Shown one piece after another: positions 1 to 8,310 of a stretch of 64,000 bases of DNA. This stretch comes from Dehalococcoidia bacterium (GTDB taxonomy: Bacteria; Chloroflexota; Dehalococcoidia; GIF9; AB-539-J10). The stretch lies in assembly GCA_049671165.1 (NCBI GenBank), contig JBATUN010000023.1, positions 11,722 through 75,721 on the forward strand. The letters are read 5' to 3'. The notes beneath the pieces are model-generated. The model was given only the letters and a program-made list of their open reading frames with translations, ran no database searches and was not told the DNA's origin. Numbering within the stretch: position 1 is the stretch's first letter; every line of letters begins with the position of its first letter. Made by a program: the position numbers and the translations under genes.

Positions 1-1131
1 TTCGAGAAGATTGTCAAGTTGGACGATAGAGACAATTATGCCTGGCATAGAAAGGGAATTGAGCTTAACTCTCTGAAGAAATACAAAGAGGCCCTGGATT
101 GTTTTGATAGGGCTATAGTAATCAAACGCAATGACGAATACGGATGGAATCACAGAGGCGTGGCACTGCGGGAGCTCGGAAGATACGATGAGGCTCTCCG
201 TAGCTGTAATAAAGCCATTAGAATCAATAACAAGTACCCTTTTGCCTGGTATACCAAAGGTTCTATCCTCCAACACCTGGGAGACCTTGCGGGAGCCAAA
301 GATTGTTTCCAGAATGCTGTTAGGTTTGCCCCTGATAATGACTCATATAGAAAGCGATTAGCCGGCATCAACGAGATTGCCGGTAGATCAGGAATAGAGA
401 ATGAAACCAGCGCCCAACTGCACCATGATGGGATTGCTCTTAGTAAATTGGGTAAACATGAAGAAGCTCTGGCCCAGTTTAAGAAAGCTATCAAGTTAGA
501 TCCCGAGGATAATGTCGCCTGGCACCGTAAAGGAATAGAACTAAACGCCCTGGGAAAATACAATGAGGCAATAGAGTGTTTTGAAAGGGCTATCAGGATT
601 AATTCCAGAGATAAATTCGCCTGGAACCATCGGGCGCTTTCTCTATGCAGGTTGGGAAATTATGGAGATGCCATAACTTCCTGTAATGAAGCCATCAAGA
701 TAGATGATACCTATCCGTTTGCCTGGTGTAATAGGGCGGTCATATCAGCTCATCTCGAGGACTTCGAGGATTTTCAGAAGTGTTTCCGCAGAGCCCGTCA
801 ACTCGACCCCAAAGGGTTGAATAACCGGTTTCTTGCTGAACACCTGCCAAAGATTGGGTATGAGGATTTGCTCAGCCGGAGTAAGGGCGATGTCAAGCGT
901 TCCAGCTATTACTGTTGCGAGCTCTGCCTGGTGCATCTACAGATAGAAGAAATGCCCCAGGCGTTGAAATATGCGTTGGACTTAGGCAAGTATGCCAACG
1001 AGAAGGTAAAAGCAGTGCTGAAGCCGCTTATCGAAGAACTTGAGTTCCGCATCGACGGGGGCATAGGTGTTACGGAGGACTTGATAGAACGGGCTGATGT
1101 AATACTGCACCAGGTCAAGATGGGATGGTAA
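1..1131 (+). CDS. TPR-repeat protein, 5' partial (reading frame is open to the window edge). Carries a conserved ~75-aa C-terminal domain that is also found at the C-terminus of the TPR-kinase at 13549
   Basis: Repeated 34-aa TPR units (W..KG..L..L.RY.EAL..F..AI.I.P). The C-terminus 'YYCCELCLVHLQ...ALKYALDL...EDLIERADVILHQVKMGW' is nearly identical in pattern to the C-terminus of ORF 13549..15915. Confidence 0.8.
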   Translation, partial: FEKIVKLDDRDNYAWHRKGIELNSLKKYKEALDCFDRAIVIKRNDEYGWNHRGVALRELGRYDEALRSCNKAIRINNKYPFAWYTKGSILQHLGDLAGAKDCFQNAVRFAPDNDSYRKRLAGINEIAGRSGIENETSAQLHHDGIALSKLGKHEEALAQFKKAIKLDPEDNVAWHRKGIELNALGKYNEAIECFERAIRINSRDKFAWNHRALSLCRLGNYGDAITSCNEAIKIDDTYPFAWCNRAVISAHLEDFEDFQKCFRRARQLDPKGLNNRFLAEHLPKIGYEDLLSRSKGDVKRSSYYCCELCLVHLQIEEMPQALKYALDLGKYANEKVKAVLKPLIEELEFRIDGGIGVTEDLIERADVILHQVKMGW

Positions 1132-1215
1132 TATTTCAGGAAACATATTAGAAAAAATCATAACAGGGAGACAGAAGGGGTATCACAATCAATAGGTACC
1201 CACCATTACGTGGAC

Positions 1216-1260
1216 AAACAGGAGATAATAGAAATGATAGATGAGGCGCTAAGGGAATAA
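1216..1260 (+). pseudogene. Decayed remnant of the conserved tail module (KQEIIEMIDEALRE*). It lies in the same frame as, and downstream of, the stop codon of the TPR gene
   Basis: The run aaacaggagataatagaaatgatagatgaggc is identical to the 3' end of genes at 7741-7812 and 10255-10329. No TM helix or start codon precedes it. Confidence 0.45.
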
Positions 1261-1261
1261 A

Positions 1262-1834
1262 ATGAAAAAGCAAGACAAGTGGCTGCTTTGGTTGACCCTA
1301 GTTACGCTCCCCTTTTTATTTAGCGGGGTTATCTTAAGCTTTGTAAACGCAAGCGATCGAATACCCACTGTCATAACTATCACACCTAGCTCATCTAGTG
1401 TCGAGTTCGGCAGCAGTATCACTTTGACTGCCACGCTAAGGAATTCTGAAGGCGATCCCCTGTCTGGGAAAACAATTGTGTGGCTTTTCACCACAACGGA
1501 GTATACCTTTGGCACTAATATCGGAAACCTAGAGCCAAGTCGAGGAGTCACGGACTCTTATGGACAAGCAACCACTACTTATACTCCTGCCATACAAGGT
1601 GAGCCATATGGAGTAACTATCCGAGCTAGCTTTGGTGATTTCATTGATTTTATTGCAATGGGAGATGATTTTCATGAGGGCTCATATGCCGTTTGCCATA
1701 TTAGCGTATCTAGAGCTCCAGGGACCGCTGGTGACATTCAGGATACTACAGGGGCACCATTATGGATTTGGGTAACGCTGACGATATTCCTCGTGGGCAG
1801 TGCTGGCATTGAGCGTCGTTTGGCAAGGAAATAA
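1262..1834 (+). CDS. Membrane-anchored protein with a bacterial Ig-like (Big-like) domain, an N-terminal signal/TM helix and a C-terminal TM helix with a short basic tail (ERRLARK)
   Basis: ATG directly follows the remnant stop codon. N-terminal hydrophobic helix. 'ITITPSSSSVEFGSSITLTATLRNSEGDPLSGKTIVW' resembles a Big-like fold. C-terminal 'LWIWVTLTIFLVGSAGI' is a TM helix. Confidence 0.6.
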   Translation: MKKQDKWLLWLTLVTLPFLFSGVILSFVNASDRIPTVITITPSSSSVEFGSSITLTATLRNSEGDPLSGKTIVWLFTTTEYTFGTNIGNLEPSRGVTDSYGQATTTYTPAIQGEPYGVTIRASFGDFIDFIAMGDDFHEGSYAVCHISVSRAPGTAGDIQDTTGAPLWIWVTLTIFLVGSAGIERRLARK

Positions 1835-1904
1835 ATAGGGCAGTGTAAAATTTGGTGACAATTCTACAATGGATTACTTGTAGCTAACGAATTAGAGGGG
1901 AATT

Positions 1905-2315
1905 ATGCCACTCGGTATTTTTGTTCTTGGGCTTGGATTCTTGATGGGAAGCGGGATATTTGGCGACACGATATCATTGGTCGCATTTATCCTTGGTTTC
2001 CTAGCAGTGTGTCTATTCTCCGCACTCAGACAGAGTCGTAAGTTGTCCCTTTTCTATGGAGTCAATTTCGGCATTGGTATGGTTATCGGCGTATTAGCCT
2101 TTATAGCTGAAGAAGGTTCTGCTGGCTCTGGGCTCGTCTTTGCTTGGATAGCACTGGGCACTATAGGTTCCATTGCTCTGGGAAATGGTGCTGTTTCACT
2201 AGGTTTAAAGAGGAGTTTGAAGAAGCAGCTTGCCAAAGAGCAATTCGAAGCAAAGAAAGCTGAGATAATTGCTATGATAGATGAGGCGTTGGAGGAGGAG
2301 AAGAGGACGCGATAA
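1905..2315 (+). CDS. Small polytopic membrane protein ending in the conserved cytoplasmic tail (KKAEIIAMIDEALEEEKRTR*)
   Basis: Three or four hydrophobic helices followed by a basic stretch and the tail motif. The 3' nucleotide sequence is shared with the other members of the family. Confidence 0.65.
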   Translation: MPLGIFVLGLGFLMGSGIFGDTISLVAFILGFLAVCLFSALRQSRKLSLFYGVNFGIGMVIGVLAFIAEEGSAGSGLVFAWIALGTIGSIALGNGAVSLGLKRSLKKQLAKEQFEAKKAEIIAMIDEALEEEKRTR

Positions 2316-2574
2316 ATAACGCCAAAGATACTTAGAATATGATGACAGATTTGAAGGAGTCATAGACTATGGGAGGATTTTGGATATATACTGCATCCCT
2401 ATAAGGTATCCTGATGCCCTGACCCCTGCTACCATTCCTTATGAGACTTATATCGAAAGGGATGCCTTTGATGCGGTAATTTTGCATGTACAATCGCGGC
2501 AATGGTCAAGGAAGGGCTAGAATAACCAATAAAGGGAAAACGTCTAGCTAGGGTACCATGAGCGAGGAAAGAAC

Positions 2575-2994
2575 ATGCGCAGAATTGGGGTGATATTGGG
2601 GATAGCTGTAGGCTTTGCTATAGGCTATTCAGCTAGCTTCTTGATATTTGCGGGGGGGCCGAAGGCTTGGGGGTTTTGGGGGCTATATCTTCCGATAGTG
2701 ATTGTAGCCACGGTTCTGACGGGCAGAAATACAAGGAGCCGGCTCGCCGTGGTGATCTCCTCGTGTGTCACACTGCTGTGCTTAGTGGTAGCCGGGGTAG
2801 GAGAACACGATTTGGGAACTTACATCTGGATATGCTTTGCAATACCTTTTGCCACGCTTGGAGCAACTAATGGATACTTTATGGGTCAGGCGAGACTCAC
2901 AATAAGGCAGCAGGAAATTAACCGCCTCGAAAAAGAGAAGGCAGAGATAATAGAAATGATAGACGAGGTGTTGGAGGAAGAAAAGAGGCGGTGA
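2575..2994 (+). CDS. Small polytopic membrane protein ending in the conserved cytoplasmic tail (EKEKAEIIEMIDEVLEEEKRR*)
   Basis: Hydrophobic helices followed by 'RLTIRQQEINRLEKEKAEIIEMIDEVLEEEKRR'. Confidence 0.65.
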   Translation: MRRIGVILGIAVGFAIGYSASFLIFAGGPKAWGFWGLYLPIVIVATVLTGRNTRSRLAVVISSCVTLLCLVVAGVGEHDLGTYIWICFAIPFATLGATNGYFMGQARLTIRQQEINRLEKEKAEIIEMIDEVLEEEKRR

Positions 2995-3134
2995 TATTCA
3001 ATGCCCAGTAATATTAAAACCAGATTTGAGCTTGCTAGAAATCGTGAAGATCATTCCATATTAGCTGGAGGGATTCAAGGGTCGAAGTTGTAAGTGTTGA
3101 GGTTGGAGACAGAACATTCGAGGGGGTCTTAAGA

Positions 3135-4862
3135 ATGAAGTGGACAGAAATGGCACTCAGGCTCCTTAGAATAGCACTCATGATTGCCATAATTGGAGTA
3201 GTCCTTTTTTGTGGTGACTATCTCTCCCGTAGCCAGGTCTTGGCAGAATCACCCGCACAGATGGAATGGTCTCAGACATTTGGTGGAGAAGATTCAGAGC
3301 ATGCCGACTCTGTGCAGCAGACCGACGACGGTGGCTATATAGTCGCTGGTACAATCGAATCATATGGCGCCAACCAAGGTGACGCTTGGCTGATAAAGAC
3401 AGATGCGGGCGGGAATGAACAGTGGTCCCGGACATTTGGCGAAAGCTATTATGTCGCAGCCACATTTGTGGAGCAAACCAGCGATGGTGGCTATATTATT
3501 GCCAGTGAGATCGAATCATATGAATCGGGATCATATAGCAGTGACGTCTGGTTGATAAAGACCAATGCGGAAGGAGATGAACAATGGTCCCAGACCATTG
3601 GTGGGACAGACGATGAGGGGGCCCACTCTGTACAGCAAACCAGCGATGGCGGTTATATTATCGCTGGTGACACTTACTCCTATGGTGCCGGCGAGAGTAA
3701 TAATCTCTTGCTGGTAAAGACCGATGCGGGCGGACATGAACAGTGGTCCCGGATCTGGGCTGGAAGCAAATCGGATGTAGCCTGGTGCGTGCAGCAGACC
3801 AGTGACGGCGGTTATATTGTCGCGGGTGAGACGATGTCTTACGGTGTCGGCGATGGTGATTTCTGGCTGATAAAGACGGATGCGGGAGGAAATGAACAGT
3901 GGTCCCGGACATTTGGTGGAAGCGATGATGACGGCGCAAGATCTGTGCAGCAAACCAGTGACGGCGGCTATGTTATCGCTGGTGAAACTTCCTCCTATGG
4001 TGCCGGCGGTGTTGACGCTTGGCTGATAAAGACGGATGCGGGAGGAAATGAACAGTGGTCCCGGACGTTTGGTGTAACAGACAATGAGTGGGCCTACTCT
4101 GTGCAGCAAACCAGCGATGGCGGCTATATTATCGCTGGTCAGACTTACTCATATAGTACGAAGGATACGGATATCTGGTTGATAAAGACCGATGCGGGAG
4201 GAGACGAACAATGGTCCCTGACCTTTGGTGGAGCGGACACTGAGTGTGCCCATTCTGTGCAGCAAACCACTGACGGCGGCTATATTATGGCTGGTAACAC
4301 TGCGTCATATGGTGCTGGCGATGGTGACTTCTGGCTCATAAAGATAGCGATTCCGCCTCCCCCCGACATACCGACCCTCATTTCACCGCCCGACAAGGAC
4401 AGGATAGGACTCATAGGCGGGATTACGCCAACATTTCAGTGGTCTGATGTATCCGACGATAGCGGAGTTCGGTACAACCTGCAGGTAGCGACCCACAAGG
4501 ATGTTACCTCCACCGGAGAATTCGTTGATCCCATGCTTTCGGTTGTGGGTCTGGTCGGAACAAGCTATACCCTGGAAGAGACAGAAGCACTGCCGTATGG
4601 TACCTATTACTGGATTGTACAGGCCGTAGACGAAGCAGAGAATGAAAGTGACTGGACCGCGCCCAGTTCGTTCCAAGTTGGGCTATTGCCCCTATGGGGA
4701 CTCGTTGCCATTATCGTAGTCCTGGCGATGCTGTTGATCCTCTTAACTCGTGCCCTAGTAATGAGAGCGAGATCAAGAGCAACACGACTGATAGAGAGGG
4801 AGAAAAAAGAGATAATAGAAATGATAGATGAGGCGTTGGAGGAAGATAAGAGGTCGCGATGA
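3135..4862 (+). CDS. Type-I-like membrane protein with an N-terminal signal anchor, about eight tandem ~47-aa beta-propeller-like repeats, an FN3-like domain, a TM helix and the conserved tail
   Basis: Repeat unit 'SVQQTSDGGYIIAG.T.SYGAG..DAWLIKTDAGGNEQWSRTFGG'. The 'PPPPDIPTLISP...YYWIVQAVDEAENESDWTAPSSFQV' region resembles FN3. C-terminal TM helix 'LWGLVAIIVVLAMLLILL' followed by 'EREKKEIIEMIDEALEEDKRSR*'. Confidence 0.8.
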   Translation: MKWTEMALRLLRIALMIAIIGVVLFCGDYLSRSQVLAESPAQMEWSQTFGGEDSEHADSVQQTDDGGYIVAGTIESYGANQGDAWLIKTDAGGNEQWSRTFGESYYVAATFVEQTSDGGYIIASEIESYESGSYSSDVWLIKTNAEGDEQWSQTIGGTDDEGAHSVQQTSDGGYIIAGDTYSYGAGESNNLLLVKTDAGGHEQWSRIWAGSKSDVAWCVQQTSDGGYIVAGETMSYGVGDGDFWLIKTDAGGNEQWSRTFGGSDDDGARSVQQTSDGGYVIAGETSSYGAGGVDAWLIKTDAGGNEQWSRTFGVTDNEWAYSVQQTSDGGYIIAGQTYSYSTKDTDIWLIKTDAGGDEQWSLTFGGADTECAHSVQQTTDGGYIMAGNTASYGAGDGDFWLIKIAIPPPPDIPTLISPPDKDRIGLIGGITPTFQWSDVSDDSGVRYNLQVATHKDVTSTGEFVDPMLSVVGLVGTSYTLEETEALPYGTYYWIVQAVDEAENESDWTAPSSFQVGLLPLWGLVAIIVVLAMLLILLTRALVMRARSRATRLIEREKKEIIEMIDEALEEDKRSR

Positions 4863-4938
4863 ACAATGCCGACCTCCCCAACTCCTGAGGATAGTCAACT
4901 AAGATCAGACAACCGCACATGGATAATCGGATCTAGAC

Positions 4939-7812
4939 ATGAAGAATAGACAGGTGCCCTTACTATCTCTGCTCTGTATCACACTCGCGTGCAGGCTGAT
5001 GCTTCCTGCTGTGTTAGCGGGAGCTTCAGCAGTCATGTCTCTGCCGGATGCCCGTATTGGTAGTCATGCAATTGAGGAAGCAGAACACGCCTCCATGATT
5101 GCGGCAGGTAAGCAGCACATTGTAGGACTTAGCGACAAAGGCACGGTCGTCGCCGTGGGATTGAACGCCCAAGGTCAGTGCAACGTGGATGGCTGGACGG
5201 ATATCACTCAGATTGCTGCAGGTGAGAGTCACACGGTGGGGTGTAAGTCTGATGGCACCGCGGTCGCCGTGGGAGGTAACTCGGATGGAGAGTGCAACGT
5301 GGATGGCTGGACGGATATCATTCAGGTCGCTGCGGGGCAGTATTGGCACACAGTCGGGCTTAAATCCGATGGTACCGTGGTTGCCGTGGGATGGAACGAC
5401 CATGGGGAGTGTGATGTTGGCGGCTGGAAGGGCATCACCAGAGTCGCCGCAGGTGCATATCATACGGTGGGGCTCAAGAATGATGGCAGGGTGGTCGCCG
5501 TAGGAGATAACTCATACGGGCGGTGTGATGTTGGCGGCTGGAAGGGCATCACCAGAGTCGCCGCAGGTGCATATCATACGGTGGGGCTCAAGAATGATGG
5601 CAAGGTGGTCGCCGTAGGAGATAACTCATACGGGCAGTGTGATGTTGGCAGCTGGACGAACATGGTTCAGGTCGCCGCAGGCGTCTGTCACACAGTGGGG
5701 CTTAGGGACGATGGCACCGTCGTCGCTGTGGGATGCAATACCCTCGGGCGATGCGATGTCTACGGCTGGACGGACATGATCCATGTCACGGCAGGCACGT
5801 CTACCACAGTAGGACTCCGGGCCAACGGAACTGTGATTGCTGCAGGACAGGTGTACGGTGGACAGTGCGACGTTAACAGCTTGACTGACATGACCCAGAT
5901 CGCTGCAGGTTACTATCATACCGTGGGAATAAAGACTGACGGCACTGTAGTCGCAGCAGGATACAGTGCCATAGGACGGTGCAATGTCGGCGGTTGGACG
6001 AACATCATCCAGATCGCCGCAGGCGATTTTCACACGGTAGGGGCCAAGTCCGACGGCACCGTGGTTGCCGTGGGGTACGGCGCCAGTGGGCGGTGCGATG
6101 TCGGAAACTGGACAGATATCGTGCAAGTCAGTGCGGGTGAGGCTCACACCGTGGGGCTTAGGGCCGATGGCACCGTCCTCGCTGTGGGATACAGTGGTGA
6201 TGGGCGGTGTGATGTGAGCGACTGGGCGGATATCACTCAGGTCGCGGCAGGCTGGTGTCATACAGTGGGCGTTAAATCCAACGGTACTGTGGTAGCTGTG
6301 GGAACAAACAGTCATGGACAGTGCGATGTCACCGGCTGGACCAATATCATGCAGATCGCTGCAGGCGCCTGGCATACAGTAGGGCTGAAAACAGATGGTA
6401 CCCTAGTCGCGGTGGGATGCAACGACCAAGGGCAGTGTGATATTTCCAGTTGGACGGATATCATCCAGATCTCCGCGGGCCGCGATCACACGGTGGGGGT
6501 TGAATTTGACGGTACTGTGGTCGCCGCGGGAGACAACGCCGGCGGGCAATGCAATATCGGCGACTGGACGAATATTGTCCAAGTCGCAGCGGGTCAATTA
6601 CACACGGTTGGGCTTAGGGCCGATGGCACCGTCTTTGCTGCAGGCCCAGAAATTGAGCTAGCCAAATGGGATCTAATAGAGCCTGTTGGGAATGATGATG
6701 TCAATGAAGTGAGCCCTACAACGTCCCTTTACCTGGTTTACCAGGCTGACCTTAGCGGTGTTGAGCCTAGTAACGAAACCGAGCTGATGCTTACGACAAA
6801 AGAAGTGATCGAACGGCGCGTTAATGCCTTCGGGATAACAGATGCAACTATTGCAGTACAGGAACAGCTAGGAGAATGGAGCATTGCTATACAGCTACCG
6901 GGCATTGTTGAGATTGACAGGGTCAAGGAGCTACTGGTGTGTTTCGCCTTGCTTGAGTTCAAGGAGCAAGATGAAGAAGGAAATTGGATTCCTGCCACAG
7001 GTATAGTGAGCGGCAAGCAACTGGTGCTTAGCAGTAGGTATTTTGAGGAAAACACCTCTATTAGTGTGGACCAATATGGGAAACCGCTACTAGTATTTGA
7101 GTGGGATGAGATGGGAGGGGAGCTTTCGAAACAAATAACAACCCGCCTTCTCGGCAAACCATTGGCGATCTTCCTTGGCGATGAGCCGCTCCGTGGTGAA
7201 GATGGCCATGTCATCGCCCCGGTAGTCCAGGCGGTCATAGAAGATGGGGCACAAATTGAAGGATTAAGCCTTGCCGATGCCACTGAATTACGAGACTTGC
7301 TGAATGCCGGGAAGATTCCTGTTCCATTAGGTAGGTGGGTGGAGGAAGGCCAATCCAGGTTGTTTGAGTCTGATGTGCCTCTATATGAAGGGCAGGTGAC
7401 CCCCGCGACTTTAGTAATCAATGTTGCCCCGAGTGATAGTGGCATGGTCACCTTATCACCCTCTCAGCCTGCCGAAGGATATGTCGCCGGGACAGAAGTC
7501 ACACTGACCGCTGTTGCTAGCGAGGGATATAAATTTAGCCACTGGAGTGGCGCCACCTCAGGGTCGCAAAGCCCCACTACAATAACCATAGACTCGGATA
7601 AGGAGGTAAGTGCCAGCTTCATAGTCGAGGGACAAGCTTTTCCTCTGAATGTGATATACATCATAGGGGCAGCCTTTGGTGTAGTGGTGCTCGTTCTGGC
7701 AGTGTCAAAGGTACGGAGAAGGGCGCGTAGTACAAGAGAGCAGCTTGAGAAAGAAAAACAGGAGATAATAGAAATGATAGATGAGGCATTGGAAGAGGAG
7801 AAGAAGCGGTGA
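4939..7812 (+). CDS. Surface protein with a signal peptide, more than 25 RCC1-like repeats, a central domain, an InlB B-repeat (Listeria-Bacteroides repeat), a TM helix and the conserved tail
   Basis: Repeats 'HTVGLKSDGTVVAVG.N..GQCDV.GWTDI.Q.AAG' (RCC1/BLIP-II-like). 'EGYKFSHWSG' is the B-repeat signature. TM helix 'VIYIIGAAFGVVVLVLAV' followed by 'EKEKQEIIEMIDEALEEEKKR*'. Confidence 0.85.
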   Translation: MKNRQVPLLSLLCITLACRLMLPAVLAGASAVMSLPDARIGSHAIEEAEHASMIAAGKQHIVGLSDKGTVVAVGLNAQGQCNVDGWTDITQIAAGESHTVGCKSDGTAVAVGGNSDGECNVDGWTDIIQVAAGQYWHTVGLKSDGTVVAVGWNDHGECDVGGWKGITRVAAGAYHTVGLKNDGRVVAVGDNSYGRCDVGGWKGITRVAAGAYHTVGLKNDGKVVAVGDNSYGQCDVGSWTNMVQVAAGVCHTVGLRDDGTVVAVGCNTLGRCDVYGWTDMIHVTAGTSTTVGLRANGTVIAAGQVYGGQCDVNSLTDMTQIAAGYYHTVGIKTDGTVVAAGYSAIGRCNVGGWTNIIQIAAGDFHTVGAKSDGTVVAVGYGASGRCDVGNWTDIVQVSAGEAHTVGLRADGTVLAVGYSGDGRCDVSDWADITQVAAGWCHTVGVKSNGTVVAVGTNSHGQCDVTGWTNIMQIAAGAWHTVGLKTDGTLVAVGCNDQGQCDISSWTDIIQISAGRDHTVGVEFDGTVVAAGDNAGGQCNIGDWTNIVQVAAGQLHTVGLRADGTVFAAGPEIELAKWDLIEPVGNDDVNEVSPTTSLYLVYQADLSGVEPSNETELMLTTKEVIERRVNAFGITDATIAVQEQLGEWSIAIQLPGIVEIDRVKELLVCFALLEFKEQDEEGNWIPATGIVSGKQLVLSSRYFEENTSISVDQYGKPLLVFEWDEMGGELSKQITTRLLGKPLAIFLGDEPLRGEDGHVIAPVVQAVIEDGAQIEGLSLADATELRDLLNAGKIPVPLGRWVEEGQSRLFESDVPLYEGQVTPATLVINVAPSDSGMVTLSPSQPAEGYVAGTEVTLTAVASEGYKFSHWSGATSGSQSPTTITIDSDKEVSASFIVEGQAFPLNVIYIIGAAFGVVVLVLAVSKVRRRARSTREQLEKEKQEIIEMIDEALEEEKKR

Positions 7813-7818
7813 TATTGA

Positions 7819-8268
7819 ATGGCGAGAAATACTACAAACAGGTCTGAATCGACTGGAAATCCAGGGGCTGATTTTGTGCTAGTTGGAAGGGTTCGACGGT
7901 TGGAAAGGATCGTATCACGCCACCTGAACGAAATACAGGCCGTCCTGGCTCTGATGCTGGTTATTTCAGCGCTCGTTCTTCCTCTACCACAGCCGGCAGT
8001 GGCCCAATCGCTTGATACATCAGCCTCGTGGCCGATGTTCCGCCAGAACTCGCGGCACACCGGCCTGAGCCCTTATGATACGGGTGACAATCCGGGTACC
8101 CAGAAGTGGACCTTCACCACGGGACACTATGTAGATTCTTCTCCGGCGATAGGCAGTGACGGCGCGATACATGTGCGTTCTAGATATGTGTTATCCCTAG
8201 AGTTATCGGCAGCTAACCGAGGCAACATTGGTGAGCGATCAGGGGTACGTTCAGGTGAGCAGAAATAA
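7819..8268 (+). pseudogene. Truncated N-terminal fragment of a PQQ-like beta-propeller repeat protein (signal peptide plus the first blade only)
   Basis: 'ALMLVISALVLPLPQPAVAQS' followed by 'WPMFRQNSRHTGLSPY...GTQKWTFTTGHYVDSSPAIGSDGAIHV' is a typical start of PQQ-repeat proteins. Similarity ends after one blade and the ORF terminates. Confidence 0.35.
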
Positions 8269-8310
8269 GACATCTGCATTCAATCATATTTCCTCCCTGT
8301 CAGAGGTGAG

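Noticed and set aside
3531-4109. A 192-aa minus-strand ORF and other antisense ORFs inside the beta-propeller repeat gene
   Set aside because: These are antisense reading-frame artefacts of the repetitive coding sequence.
5626-6375. Long minus-strand ORFs (249 aa here; also 5026..5463, 6738..7451 and 7464..8060) inside the RCC1-repeat gene
   Set aside because: They are antisense to a strongly supported repeat-protein CDS. Their products are low-complexity mirror-frame translations with no recognisable domains.
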